The notes under the pieces are model-generated. The model was not told the DNA's origin. It saw only the letters and a program-made list of their open reading frames with translations, and did no database searches. A stretch of DNA of 64,000 nt, taken from positions 1,993 through 65,992 of the forward strand of contig MWCU01000117.1 in the NCBI GenBank assembly GCA_002070205.1. The letters are read 5' to 3'. Position numbers and translations under genes: made by a program. Of the stretch, positions 9,494 to 17,267 are shown one piece after another. The stretch comes from Firmicutes bacterium ADurb.Bin182. Its GTDB lineage: Bacteria > Bacillota > Clostridia > Christensenellales > CAG-138. Positions within the stretch are counted from its first letter, which is position 1. Every line of letters begins with the position of its first letter.

Positions 9494-9742
9494 ATGTTGA
9501 ATGAAAAAGAAATGGTCAATGATACCCTCACGATGTTAAAAAGCAGCATCACGGGATATTCAAACGTTATATCAGAAGCGGGCAATCCGCAATTCAGGCA
9601 GACAATACAGCAAATAAGAAATAACTGCGAGCAAAGCCAATACGAGCTTTATAAACTGGCCGAACAAAAAGGATATTATCAGCCGGCCGCGCAGGCAAGG
9701 CAGGATGAAATCCAGCAGATAAAATCCAGCTTCATTCAGTAA
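9494..9742 (+). CDS. spore coat protein F (Coat_F domain) family
   Basis: The block MVNDTLTMLKSSITGYSNVISEAGNPQFRQTIQQIRNNCEQSQYELYKLAEQKGYY matches the Coat_F pattern. Confidence 0.7.
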   Translation: MLNEKEMVNDTLTMLKSSITGYSNVISEAGNPQFRQTIQQIRNNCEQSQYELYKLAEQKGYYQPAAQARQDEIQQIKSSFIQ

Positions 9743-9826
9743 TTCAAAGTACGCATCGGCTCTTACTTCCGTCGTATTTATAAAACGAAAAAAAACGCGA
9801 AAGAATCCCGAAACAAATAAAAGAAA

Positions 9827-9860
9827 CTGCCCCCGGATACGGAAGGGGCAGTCTCTTTTT
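9827..9860 (+). terminator. rho-independent terminator of the coat-protein pair
   Basis: The stem CTGCCCC...GGGGCAG is followed by TCTCTTTTT. Confidence 0.6.
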
Positions 9861-9882
9861 AAGGCTTAATAAAAGACCGGAT

Positions 9883-10653
9883 TTACCGGGTCCCGTTTTT
9901 CAGCATATCCAAAAACGCAATGAATTCCCGGATAAGCAGCGCAGTGTCATCCGGCGGTATATAATAATGCCCGGAACGTTCCAAAACCAGCTTGTCGTAC
10001 TTTTTGAGCGCATTCTCCAAAATCTTTACGCCTCTGATGTCCGCCACTTCATCACCGGCCGCATGAACTATAAGCACCGGCACGTCTACCAGACAGAGCT
10101 TCCTCCTTGTTTCGCGAATGATGTGAAACAGATCCAAATATCGCGGCATTCCGCGCATATATGTGAGCAGATGCGACCTTTCGACGCTGCAAAGCTCATA
10201 TGCCGTTTTTATCCGCTCATCGTCGCTTGGTTTTCCGAATGCTACCGAATAGCTCATTTTTACCGCATCCGGCCTTAAACGGATAAAAAACGGTGATGCG
10301 ATCGCAACGACGCCTTTCACGGCAGAGGGAAAATCCGCGGCCGCGCTCAGGGATAAAAGCGCGCCCATGGAATGACCCGTCAGTACGATATTGGGATATT
10401 TGGCCGCATGCTGCCCGATGTGCTCATTTACGGCTTTTTCCCAGTTGCGCCTGCCGGTTTTCGCGAAATCCCACCCGCTGCCGCCGTGGCCGGGCAGCAA
10501 AAGAGAGGAAACGGAGTATCCTCTTTTCACGGCAGCATCCGCCAGAGCTTTAAACTGATTCGGACTCCCCATAAAGCCGTGAATGAATATAACAACGGTA
10601 TCCGCATTTTCCGCCTCGTGCAAAAAAGGAGCATGCGTTATTTTAGATTCCAT
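9883..10653 (-). CDS. alpha/beta hydrolase (carboxylesterase/monoacylglycerol-lipase-like)
   Basis: It contains the IFIHGFMGSP block, the nucleophile elbow GHSMGA and a C-terminal SGH block. Confidence 0.8.
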   Translation of the reverse strand: MESKITHAPFLHEAENADTVVIFIHGFMGSPNQFKALADAAVKRGYSVSSLLLPGHGGSGWDFAKTGRRNWEKAVNEHIGQHAAKYPNIVLTGHSMGALLSLSAAADFPSAVKGVVAIASPFFIRLRPDAVKMSYSVAFGKPSDDERIKTAYELCSVERSHLLTYMRGMPRYLDLFHIIRETRRKLCLVDVPVLIVHAAGDEVADIRGVKILENALKKYDKLVLERSGHYYIPPDDTALLIREFIAFLDMLKNGTR

Positions 10654-10759
10654 TTCGCACCCCCGGCGATCCGTATTTGATTATCAATATACTACTAAAT
10701 ACTTTAAAGGACAAGGAAGCGCCTCTCAGTTTTCTTCACCGCAAGCATAGTTTTGTTTT

Positions 10760-11060
10760 CCCTTAGTCTTCCTCGAAGACAGCCCCCTTGCAAGGGGAGT
10801 CAATACGCACCCTTCAGTCTTCCCCGAAGACAGCTCCCCTGCTAGGGGAGCCAAAACGCACCCTTCAGTCTTCCCCGAAGACAGCCCCCTTGCAAGGGGA
10901 GTCAAAACGCACCCTTCAGCCTTCTTCGAAGACAGCTCCCCTGCTAGGGGAGCCGAAACGCACCCTTCAGCCTTCTTCGAAGACAGCTCCCCTGCTAGGG
11001 GAGCCGAAACGCACCATTCAGTCTTCCTCGAAGACCGCTCCCCTGCGAGGGGAGCCCCGG
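10760..11060. repeat. Six tandem copies of a 51-bp unit, each carrying two short hairpins
   Basis: Unit starts are at 10760, 10810, 10861, 10912, 10963 and 11014. The consensus is CCCTTCAGTCTTCCCCGAAGACAGCTCCCCTGCTAGGGGAGCCAAAACGCA. The hairpins are GTCTTC-n3-GAAGAC and CTCCCCT-n3-AGGGGAG. The whole period is repeated and there are no unique spacers. Confidence 0.9.
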
Positions 11061-11086
11061 ACGAAAGCAGGCTATTCGAAGATACA

Positions 11087-11111
11087 GAAGCACCCTTGAA
11101 ACGGGTGCTTC
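11087..11111 (-). terminator. Hairpin downstream of rsgI, a weak terminator candidate
   Basis: GAAGCACCC-TTGAAAC-GGGTGCTTC forms a 9-bp stem about 60 nt after the rsgI stop. There is no clear U-tract. Confidence 0.3.
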
Positions 11112-11171
11112 GATAACCAATCCTATGCGGCAAGGTTGCTTTCGATTTACAGCCCGGTTTCCGAGGGAAAC

Positions 11172-12323
11172 TCAGGCTCCGTTATTCCCCTTGCCGTTTC
11201 CGTTGTTGCTCTTATTGCCGTTGTTGCCGTTTCCATTATTGCCGTTGCCGTTGCTGCCCTTATTTCCGTTGTTACCGTTTCCGTTATTGCCCTTATTTCC
11301 GTTGTTGCCGTTTCCGTTATTGCCTTTATTTCCGTTGCTGCCGTTGCTGCCCTTTCCGTTTTTCTGCTGTTCGGACCGGGTTTCAAGTTCGATCTCAATA
11401 TCCTGAGCCATTTCCCCGCTCTGATCCTCATCCTGATCCGGAGCTTCCTCACCGTCATCCGTTCCGAATTTTAAAGCCTTCCTGTTGGCTTTTATTTCGG
11501 CCTGGATTTCCTGAACGGATTTTGATATCCACTCTTCGGTAACATAATCATCTTCGATATCCGGGGTGCTTACCTGCAGCTTCTGTACCAGATTAAGCTT
11601 TCCGGGGGTCACGCCGAGCGCCCTCGCCTGCTGTACGCGTTCGTAACCGACGCTTATAACCTCTATCTTGATGCCTTCGCCGCCCTCTTCTCCTTCATCC
11701 CCGTCGCCGTCGGGCTCAGGAGTTACGGTCGGCTCAACGGGATCCAATGTAGTTCCGGGGGTCTCGCTCGCTTCGGGAGTGGGAGCCGGGCTTTCTTCGT
11801 CGTTAAGGTCGTTGTTGACGGTATTGTAAATATCCTCTGCAAGGCTGTCGGCCTTGCTCCGGTTCTTGGAAGCCGCAGCGATTATAATGCCGCCTTCACC
11901 CCGTTCAAAATAACCTTCGTTAGAAATTTCCGTTATGATTTTGGTGATAGCATCGTTGATATTTTGATTGTTCAGTTTGTTCACATCGATCCGGCTAAGG
12001 ACCTCCGCGCCGTCTTCATTGACCGCTTCCACCGAAATCACCCTGTCAAAAAGATTGAGAGTAAGCTCAATGGAGGGGTTCACGTCGACGCTTACGTATG
12101 AATACGGAGCGGAAGCAAGAGCGCTTGTCCCGCCGACGAGTATTATAAGCGCCGCCGCGGCCGCCGCCCAAACTTTCAGCTTGCCTGCTTTAAACGAAGT
12201 TTTTTCTTTCATCTCAATTACCTGCCCTATCGCGAAGTTTTCGTTTTGTACTTTTTTTATGCATCCATCACGGGACAGGACAGCAGCGCTCCGTCCTCTG
12301 ATTTCAACGACCACCGCTTTCAT
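11172..12323 (-). CDS. rsgI: anti-sigma-I factor RsgI-like protein with Asn/Gly/Lys-rich C-terminal tail
   Basis: The ATG at 12323 has an AAGGAGGAG RBS and overlaps the sigI stop as ATGA. The N-terminus MKAVVVEIRGRSAAVLSRDGCIKKV resembles the RsgI_N domain. There is a single TM helix (VWAAAAAALIILVGG). The C-terminal 65 aa are almost entirely N/G/K. Confidence 0.7.
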   Translation of the reverse strand: MKAVVVEIRGRSAAVLSRDGCIKKVQNENFAIGQVIEMKEKTSFKAGKLKVWAAAAAALIILVGGTSALASAPYSYVSVDVNPSIELTLNLFDRVISVEAVNEDGAEVLSRIDVNKLNNQNINDAITKIITEISNEGYFERGEGGIIIAAASKNRSKADSLAEDIYNTVNNDLNDEESPAPTPEASETPGTTLDPVEPTVTPEPDGDGDEGEEGGEGIKIEVISVGYERVQQARALGVTPGKLNLVQKLQVSTPDIEDDYVTEEWISKSVQEIQAEIKANRKALKFGTDDGEEAPDQDEDQSGEMAQDIEIELETRSEQQKNGKGSNGSNGNKGNNGNGNNGNKGNNGNGNNGNKGSNGNGNNGNGNNGNKSNNGNGKGNNGA

Positions 12324-13072
12324 GTGTCCGACTCCTCCTTGATGTATTGCATATAATCCGAAAGGCAAGGATACTCTCCGGATAGTATCTCTGCCGCCGC
12401 TATTATATACTTTCGATGGCGTTCAAGTTTTTTTCGGGGTATATTGAGATTTTTTTCTATTATTTTCAGCGGAAGCTGCTTTGAGGTTTTCATTTCACTG
12501 AGCAGCAAAGGATTTCCCAGAATATATTTAACCGCTTTTGCGCAAACGGACTTTGTTTTCTTCGATCTCGGGGAACATTCGGATAAATCCATAAATGTAA
12601 AGCCGTACTGCCGGAAAACCCTGCCTGCGGCCTCAATTTCCATTTTGACAGCGCTCTCCGTATCCTGCACAGCTAAGCGGGCTACGGCTTTTCGAACGGA
12701 GCCGCTTAGCTCTTCCTCATCCTCATCCGCGCCGAATGCCGTCGGATTCACGGGGATCTCTTTGCTGTATTTGCCTTTGTTTCGCTGATAATCGATTAGC
12801 CTTCTTCGAATCACCGTTTCCGCAAAAAACAGAAAGCTCCCTTTATCGAAACGGTATTTGGAAACGGCTTCCGCAAACGCAGTCAACGCGACAGACCATT
12901 CGTCATCGCTTTTTGTAATGTACCTGTGCGCAATCAGCGATGAACACTTCAGTATGAATTGCTCATTTTCAACGATCAGCCGGTCGAGCTTACTCTCGTC
13001 TAGCGCAGCCTCCTGAGCCAAACAATCGAGTTTTCGCAATTTTTCACCACCAAATTGCACTGATATCGTCAT
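12320..13072 (-). CDS. sigI: RNA polymerase sigma-I-type factor
   Basis: The product is 250 aa. The region-2-like block FLFFAETVIRRRLIDYQR and the C-terminal block NLNIPRKKLERHRKYIIA are present. It is coupled to the rsgI-like gene. Confidence 0.75.
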   Translation of the reverse strand: MTISVQFGGEKLRKLDCLAQEAALDESKLDRLIVENEQFILKCSSLIAHRYITKSDDEWSVALTAFAEAVSKYRFDKGSFLFFAETVIRRRLIDYQRNKGKYSKEIPVNPTAFGADEDEEELSGSVRKAVARLAVQDTESAVKMEIEAAGRVFRQYGFTFMDLSECSPRSKKTKSVCAKAVKYILGNPLLLSEMKTSKQLPLKIIEKNLNIPRKKLERHRKYIIAAAEILSGEYPCLSDYMQYIKEESDT

Positions 13073-13239
13073 TATAACTTGAATTTATGAACAAAGAATT
13101 AATAACCCCGACATAAAATGTTAATTTTCTCCTTAAAACGCTTAATAGACGCAAAGAAGGCTCCTTGCTAAATCGAAATATTATGCATTATAATAAAAAA
13201 TGTTGTTAACAGGCGAAACCGCGTAAAAGGATAATAACG

Positions 13240-14394
13240 ATGAACGACGCTTTCTCAATAATACGATGCGATACATATAACGATTTTGACGTCGCCTCCG
13301 CTTTGGAGCGGGCGCTCGGCCAAATCGACGGATTACGGGATGTGCGCAAAGGAATGCGCGTAGTCATAAAGCCCAACCTTGTTCTGCCGAGGCGGCCGGA
13401 AGCCTGCGCTACAACGCATCCTCAAATATTGAAAGCATTGACCGAAATGCTAATATCAAAGGGAGCGGAGGTCATTATAGGCGACAGTCCCGGCGGACCT
13501 TTTTCGGAGTTTTGGCTCAGTGCCGTATATGAAGGAACGCACATAACGGGGCTTACGAAATACGGAGCAAAGCTGAATTACGATACAGGCGTCGAAAGGA
13601 TTTCGTTTCCGGGGGGAAGAACATTAAAGGGCGCGGACGTCGCCGAATTCATACTCAACGCTGACGCGGTAATATCCGCGGCAAAGCTTAAAACTCATAC
13701 ATTCATGCAGTTTTCGGGAGCCGTTAAAAACCTGTTCGGAGCCATACCCGGAACCGTAAAAGCCGAATATCACCAACTATATCACGAAACGGACAAGTTC
13801 GCCGATATGCTCGTCGACCTCGCGGAGCTTATAAAACCGCAAATCAGCATAATCGACGCCGTGACAGGAATGGAAGGAAACGGCCCGAACGGCGGTAAGC
13901 CGAGGCAGGCAGGAGCTATTATAGCGTCCAAAAATCCCCACACGGCGGACCTTGCGGGCTCCTGGCTCATCGGGATCGATCCTTTCGAAGTGCCGACTTT
14001 AAAGCGGGCAATCGAAAGGGGGCTGTGCCCCGCTTCCGTAGAGGACGTTCTCCCCCGTATTGGCGAGCTTGACGGCTTGCGCGTGACGGATTTTAAAAAA
14101 CCTGATACGGCGTTCGGACAAAGAGCGCTCGGCATCAACATGAACTCCGCCATTATGAAGAGGATATTCAGGTGCGACCCTGAAGCGAACGAAAGCGTAT
14201 GCGCAGGATGCGGCGAATGCAAAAGCGCCTGCCCTCCCAAAGCGATCGAAATCAAAAACGGCTTCCCGAGATTTGACCGCAAGAAATGCATCCGGTGTTT
14301 TTGCTGTCAGGAGCTTTGCCCTCAAAACGCGATATATATAAAACGGACTAGGATAGCCGAGTTTCTCCAAAAAGCGGCTCAAAAGCACGGCTGA
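13240..14394 (+). CDS. DUF362 domain protein with C-terminal 2x[4Fe-4S] ferredoxin motifs
   Basis: Cys clusters CAGCGECKSACP and CIRCFCCQELCP are present. The N-terminal body is DUF362-like. Confidence 0.75.
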   Translation: MNDAFSIIRCDTYNDFDVASALERALGQIDGLRDVRKGMRVVIKPNLVLPRRPEACATTHPQILKALTEMLISKGAEVIIGDSPGGPFSEFWLSAVYEGTHITGLTKYGAKLNYDTGVERISFPGGRTLKGADVAEFILNADAVISAAKLKTHTFMQFSGAVKNLFGAIPGTVKAEYHQLYHETDKFADMLVDLAELIKPQISIIDAVTGMEGNGPNGGKPRQAGAIIASKNPHTADLAGSWLIGIDPFEVPTLKRAIERGLCPASVEDVLPRIGELDGLRVTDFKKPDTAFGQRALGINMNSAIMKRIFRCDPEANESVCAGCGECKSACPPKAIEIKNGFPRFDRKKCIRCFCCQELCPQNAIYIKRTRIAEFLQKAAQKHG

Positions 14395-15011
14395 GCCGCG
14401 GAGCATTTCTCAAGAAATAAGCGTATGGTTTCTTCTTCGCGCGCCCGGTCGGCCCCCTTTCTGCCCATGCGGTCGCACAATCCCAAAAGAGCGACCTCAA
14501 GGACATCGGTATCTCGGCGCATGCTTTGAACGTCCGCAAAGGGCAGCCCTTTTACTACGAACAAAATCTGCATATGCCATCTGACAAGCGACGCCGTTTT
14601 ATCTGTAAAAGTTCTATCGACAGGCATTTTCTCCAAAAATTCCCTTACCAATTTTGCGCCCAGTTTATCGTGATCGTATGAGGTTATTCTGCCTTTGCGG
14701 TATTTTGTAGTGCCCGGCTTGCCTACGTCATGCAGGAGCGCAGCCCACATAAAAACGCAGGGATCTTTGCTTTTCGATTTTACGGAGGCGGCTTCGTCCA
14801 CAACCATCAAAGTATGCATCCAAGCGTTCCCCTCGGGATGATGCAGCAAATTCTGCTCCGCTTTTTTAAGATCAAGCAATATATTAAAAGGGGGCTGTGA
14901 AAACCACGGCAAAGCCGATATCCTATCGAAATATATCGAGGGAACATCATCTTCGGTCAAATGCGTGTTCATTTCCCGAAAAACAAGCTCTGTCTCCTCA
15001 GTTCCCAACAT
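14379..15011 (-). CDS. HD domain phosphohydrolase
   Basis: Motifs H...HDVGKP (LLHDVGKPG) and HPEGNAWMH are present. Its 3' end overlaps the DUF362 gene by 16 nt (convergent). Confidence 0.75.
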   Translation of the reverse strand: MLGTEETELVFREMNTHLTEDDVPSIYFDRISALPWFSQPPFNILLDLKKAEQNLLHHPEGNAWMHTLMVVDEAASVKSKSKDPCVFMWAALLHDVGKPGTTKYRKGRITSYDHDKLGAKLVREFLEKMPVDRTFTDKTASLVRWHMQILFVVKGLPFADVQSMRRDTDVLEVALLGLCDRMGRKGADRAREEETIRLFLEKCSAAQPCF

Positions 15012-15159
15012 GCCTTAAACCCCTTTTTTTTAAATTCGCCCTGAAAGTATTATTCGACGCCGGAGGCAGGATATCCAAAGCGCCGCAAAACCAACCTTTC
15101 TGTTGCCGGTTTGAGATGCGTCAAGTATAATTTTACCATAACTTGAAGGCGGGGCGTAT

Positions 15160-15762
15160 ATGTGCGGACGTTATTACATTGAAAACGAAGAAGAAACCAT
15201 TGCGATGCGCGAGATACTGGACGAAGTCAACCAGCGCTATTATAACACGGATAAATCAGCCCGGATGAAAACAGGCGAAATATTCCCGACGGATATAGTT
15301 CCGGTTTTGACAGCCGGGGGCGGCTGCCGAAAAACGGAGCTTATGAAATGGGGATTTCCGCGTCCGAACTCCTCCGGCGTCATAATCAATGCAAGGGCCG
15401 AAACGGCAAATGAAAAACCGATGTTCCGCGGTTTAGTCAAAAACAAGAGGTGCCTCATCCCCGCGAGCGGTTTTTTTGAGTGGAAACAGTCCGCGCCCAA
15501 GGAAAAAACCAAATACCTGCTTAAGCCCGAAAGCGGCCGCATACTCTTTTTCGCGGGAATTTTTAACACATATTCGGATGCTGACTTTCCGGCTTTTGCG
15601 ATTTTGACCACCTCAGCCAACCGTTTTGTTTCACAAATACACAGCCGCATGCCTTATATTTTGACCGGGGATAAAGCGGATGTGTGGCTGTTTGACGAAG
15701 CTCTGTCAATACTCATGCTAAGCTCTGAGTGTGACGCGCGGCTGACTGTAAAAGCCGTTTAA
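15160..15762 (+). CDS. SOS response-associated peptidase (SRAP/YedK/HMCES family)
   Basis: It has the N-terminal MCGRY with catalytic Cys2, the block NARAET and the block ASGFFEW. Confidence 0.85.
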   Translation: MCGRYYIENEEETIAMREILDEVNQRYYNTDKSARMKTGEIFPTDIVPVLTAGGGCRKTELMKWGFPRPNSSGVIINARAETANEKPMFRGLVKNKRCLIPASGFFEWKQSAPKEKTKYLLKPESGRILFFAGIFNTYSDADFPAFAILTTSANRFVSQIHSRMPYILTGDKADVWLFDEALSILMLSSECDARLTVKAV

Positions 15763-15926
15763 ACCCGCTCCATAGCCTTGCAGTTTTTTTTAATAAGAGA
15801 CCCGGCGCTTGATTTTTTTCCGATTTTTTTTAGTGCGCTTCATTTATAAATACTCATTGACAACCGCATTGTTTAAGCCTATACTTGCCATGAATTCAAC
15901 AGAATATCAAGAAGAAGGTGATTCAA

Positions 15927-16958
15927 ATGGAGGAAATCCCGGAACAAGACCCCCTGCCTCCGCTTCGAGTCGGATTGACCTATAACCTGAAAAAGAACGT
16001 CAACAGCGATATCGAAGACATCGAAGCCGAGTATGACAGCATGGATACAGTGCTCGCCATCAAAAACGCGCTTGAACAGTCAAACTGCCGGGTTGAATTG
16101 ATGGAAGCCACGGGAGAGCTTCTCAATACGCTGTCGCAGTCCAAACCGGATATTGTTTTCAATTTCGCGGAAGGTATCAGCGGGCGCGGCCGCGAAGCAC
16201 AGGTACCTGCAATAATGAATCTGCTGCGCATTCCTTTTTCGGGTTCGGACGAAACGACATTATGCATCGCCCTTGACAAAGCGCTTGCCAAAAGACTGGT
16301 TGCGTCCTATCACATCAAAACCCCGAAGTATAAAATCGTATTTCATGAAAACCCGAAGCCGATACATAACTTTTCACTGCCAGCGATAGTTAAGCCGAAC
16401 GCGGAAGGCTCAAGCAAAGGGATATCCGACGTTGCTATAGCTACGGGCATAGAAGAGCTCAATAGACTCGTATCAAGAAATATAAGCATTTACCGGCAGA
16501 ACATGCTGGTTGAAGAATACATCGAGGGAAGAGAGTATACAGTCGCCTTGCTCGGCAACGATAGCGACCTGAAGGTGTTCCCGCCCATGGAAATAATCCA
16601 TCGGGATCAAAGCAAACCGTTTCACATTTACAGTTATTCGGTCAAGCAAAACTGCATGGAACTCATCAAATATGAGTGCCCGGCGTCCGTCGACAGCCAT
16701 ACGGAAGCGGAAATGATCCATACAGCCAAAAGGATATATAATATCCTCGGCTGCAAAGATTTCGCGAGGATAGATTTTCGCCTCGGGAACGACGGAAAGC
16801 TGTATTTTATCGAAATCAATCCGCTTCCGGGGCTTGCGCCGGGATACAGCGATTATCCGATGATCGCAGAGGCGTGCGGGATGGAATACGAAACTTTGGT
16901 GCGAAAAATACTGAACAGCGCGCTGAAAAGATTCGATATGCCCGAAATCCCTGAGTAA
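15927..16958 (+). CDS. D-alanine--D-alanine ligase family ATP-grasp enzyme
   Basis: ATP-grasp blocks AIVKPNAEGSSKGI, LVEEYIEGREYTV and FIEINPLPGL are present. I prefer the ATG at 15927, after AAGGTG, over the GTG at 15918. Confidence 0.75.
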   Translation: MEEIPEQDPLPPLRVGLTYNLKKNVNSDIEDIEAEYDSMDTVLAIKNALEQSNCRVELMEATGELLNTLSQSKPDIVFNFAEGISGRGREAQVPAIMNLLRIPFSGSDETTLCIALDKALAKRLVASYHIKTPKYKIVFHENPKPIHNFSLPAIVKPNAEGSSKGISDVAIATGIEELNRLVSRNISIYRQNMLVEEYIEGREYTVALLGNDSDLKVFPPMEIIHRDQSKPFHIYSYSVKQNCMELIKYECPASVDSHTEAEMIHTAKRIYNILGCKDFARIDFRLGNDGKLYFIEINPLPGLAPGYSDYPMIAEACGMEYETLVRKILNSALKRFDMPEIPE

Positions 16959-16981
16959 ATAAATCATGTCATATCTTATAC

Positions 16982-17008
16982 GAACGGGCGGACAGTGTCC
17001 GCCCGTTC
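16982..17008. repeat. 27-nt perfect hairpin, left copy of a duplicated terminator stem-loop
   Basis: The sequence is GAACGGGCGGACAGTGTCCGCCCGTTC. An identical copy lies at 17211-17237. This left copy lacks a T-tract. Confidence 0.85.
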
Positions 17009-17012
17009 CAGC

Positions 17013-17208
17013 GTGTCGAAGAAGTCTGTATAGACTTCTTCGAGTTCTACACGCTTTGCCTAAAATCAAAGATTTCCGGGCGGCAAAGCGTGCAAAGTAC
17101 GAAATCCATAGGGATTTCATCCGTTTCACCGTACATGCCGCTGAAGCCGGATTGAAAATTAAGGGGTTGCGACCCCTTAATAATCCCAAAATGACTTTTT
17201 CGACAGTC
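17013..17208 (+). mobile_element. MITE-like structured repeat, copy B
   Basis: The ~196-bp element has imperfect terminal inverted repeats, GTGTCGAAGAAGTC and GACTTTTTCGACAGTC. Internal stems are TCGAAGAAGTC/GACTTCTTCGA, CACGCTTTGCC/GGCAAAGCGTG, GAAATCC/GGATTTC and TTAAGGGGT/ACCCCTTAA. It has no coding capacity of transposase size. Confidence 0.75.
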
Positions 17209-17210
17209 TA

Positions 17211-17243
17211 GAACGGGCGGACAGTGTCCGCCCGTTCATTTTT
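17211..17243. terminator. Intrinsic terminator hairpin plus T-tract, right copy of the duplicated hairpin
   Basis: GAACGGGCGGACAGTGTCCGCCCGTTC is followed by ATTTTT. It lies between the Ddl-like gene (+) and the helicase gene end (-). Confidence 0.6.
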
Positions 17244-17267
17244 CCGCCACTTCAATGCGATGCGACA

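Noticed and set aside
10760-11060. Possible CRISPR array
   Set aside because: The whole 51-bp period is repeated, there are no unique spacers between repeats, and no cas genes lie nearby.
10726-11133. A 135-aa minus-strand ORF and a 103-aa plus-strand ORF (10788-11099) with 17-aa repeats (APLAGELSSKKAEGCVS...). These could be read as a repeat protein or a multi-core RiPP precursor.
   Set aside because: Both strands are open only because the 51-bp repeat period equals 17 codons. No convincing RBS or start context exists. Repeat variants preserve DNA/RNA palindromes rather than amino acids. I treat it as a non-coding tandem repeat, and proteomics could overturn this.
11125-11474. Plus-strand ORFs rich in Leu/Pro or Val/Ala (93 and 112 aa) and a minus-strand 103-aa ORF
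   Set aside because: These are alternative-frame or antisense shadows of the low-complexity Asn/Gly/Lys-coding repeats at the 3' end of rsgI.
13073-13239. SigI-type autoregulatory promoter upstream of sigI
   Set aside because: An AACCCC string is present but on the wrong strand, and I found no properly spaced CGAA/CGTA-type -10 element. The evidence is insufficient.
16473-17189. 238-aa minus-strand ORF
   Set aside because: It is antisense to the well-supported Ddl-like ATP-grasp gene and runs into the repeat element. It has no recognisable domain.
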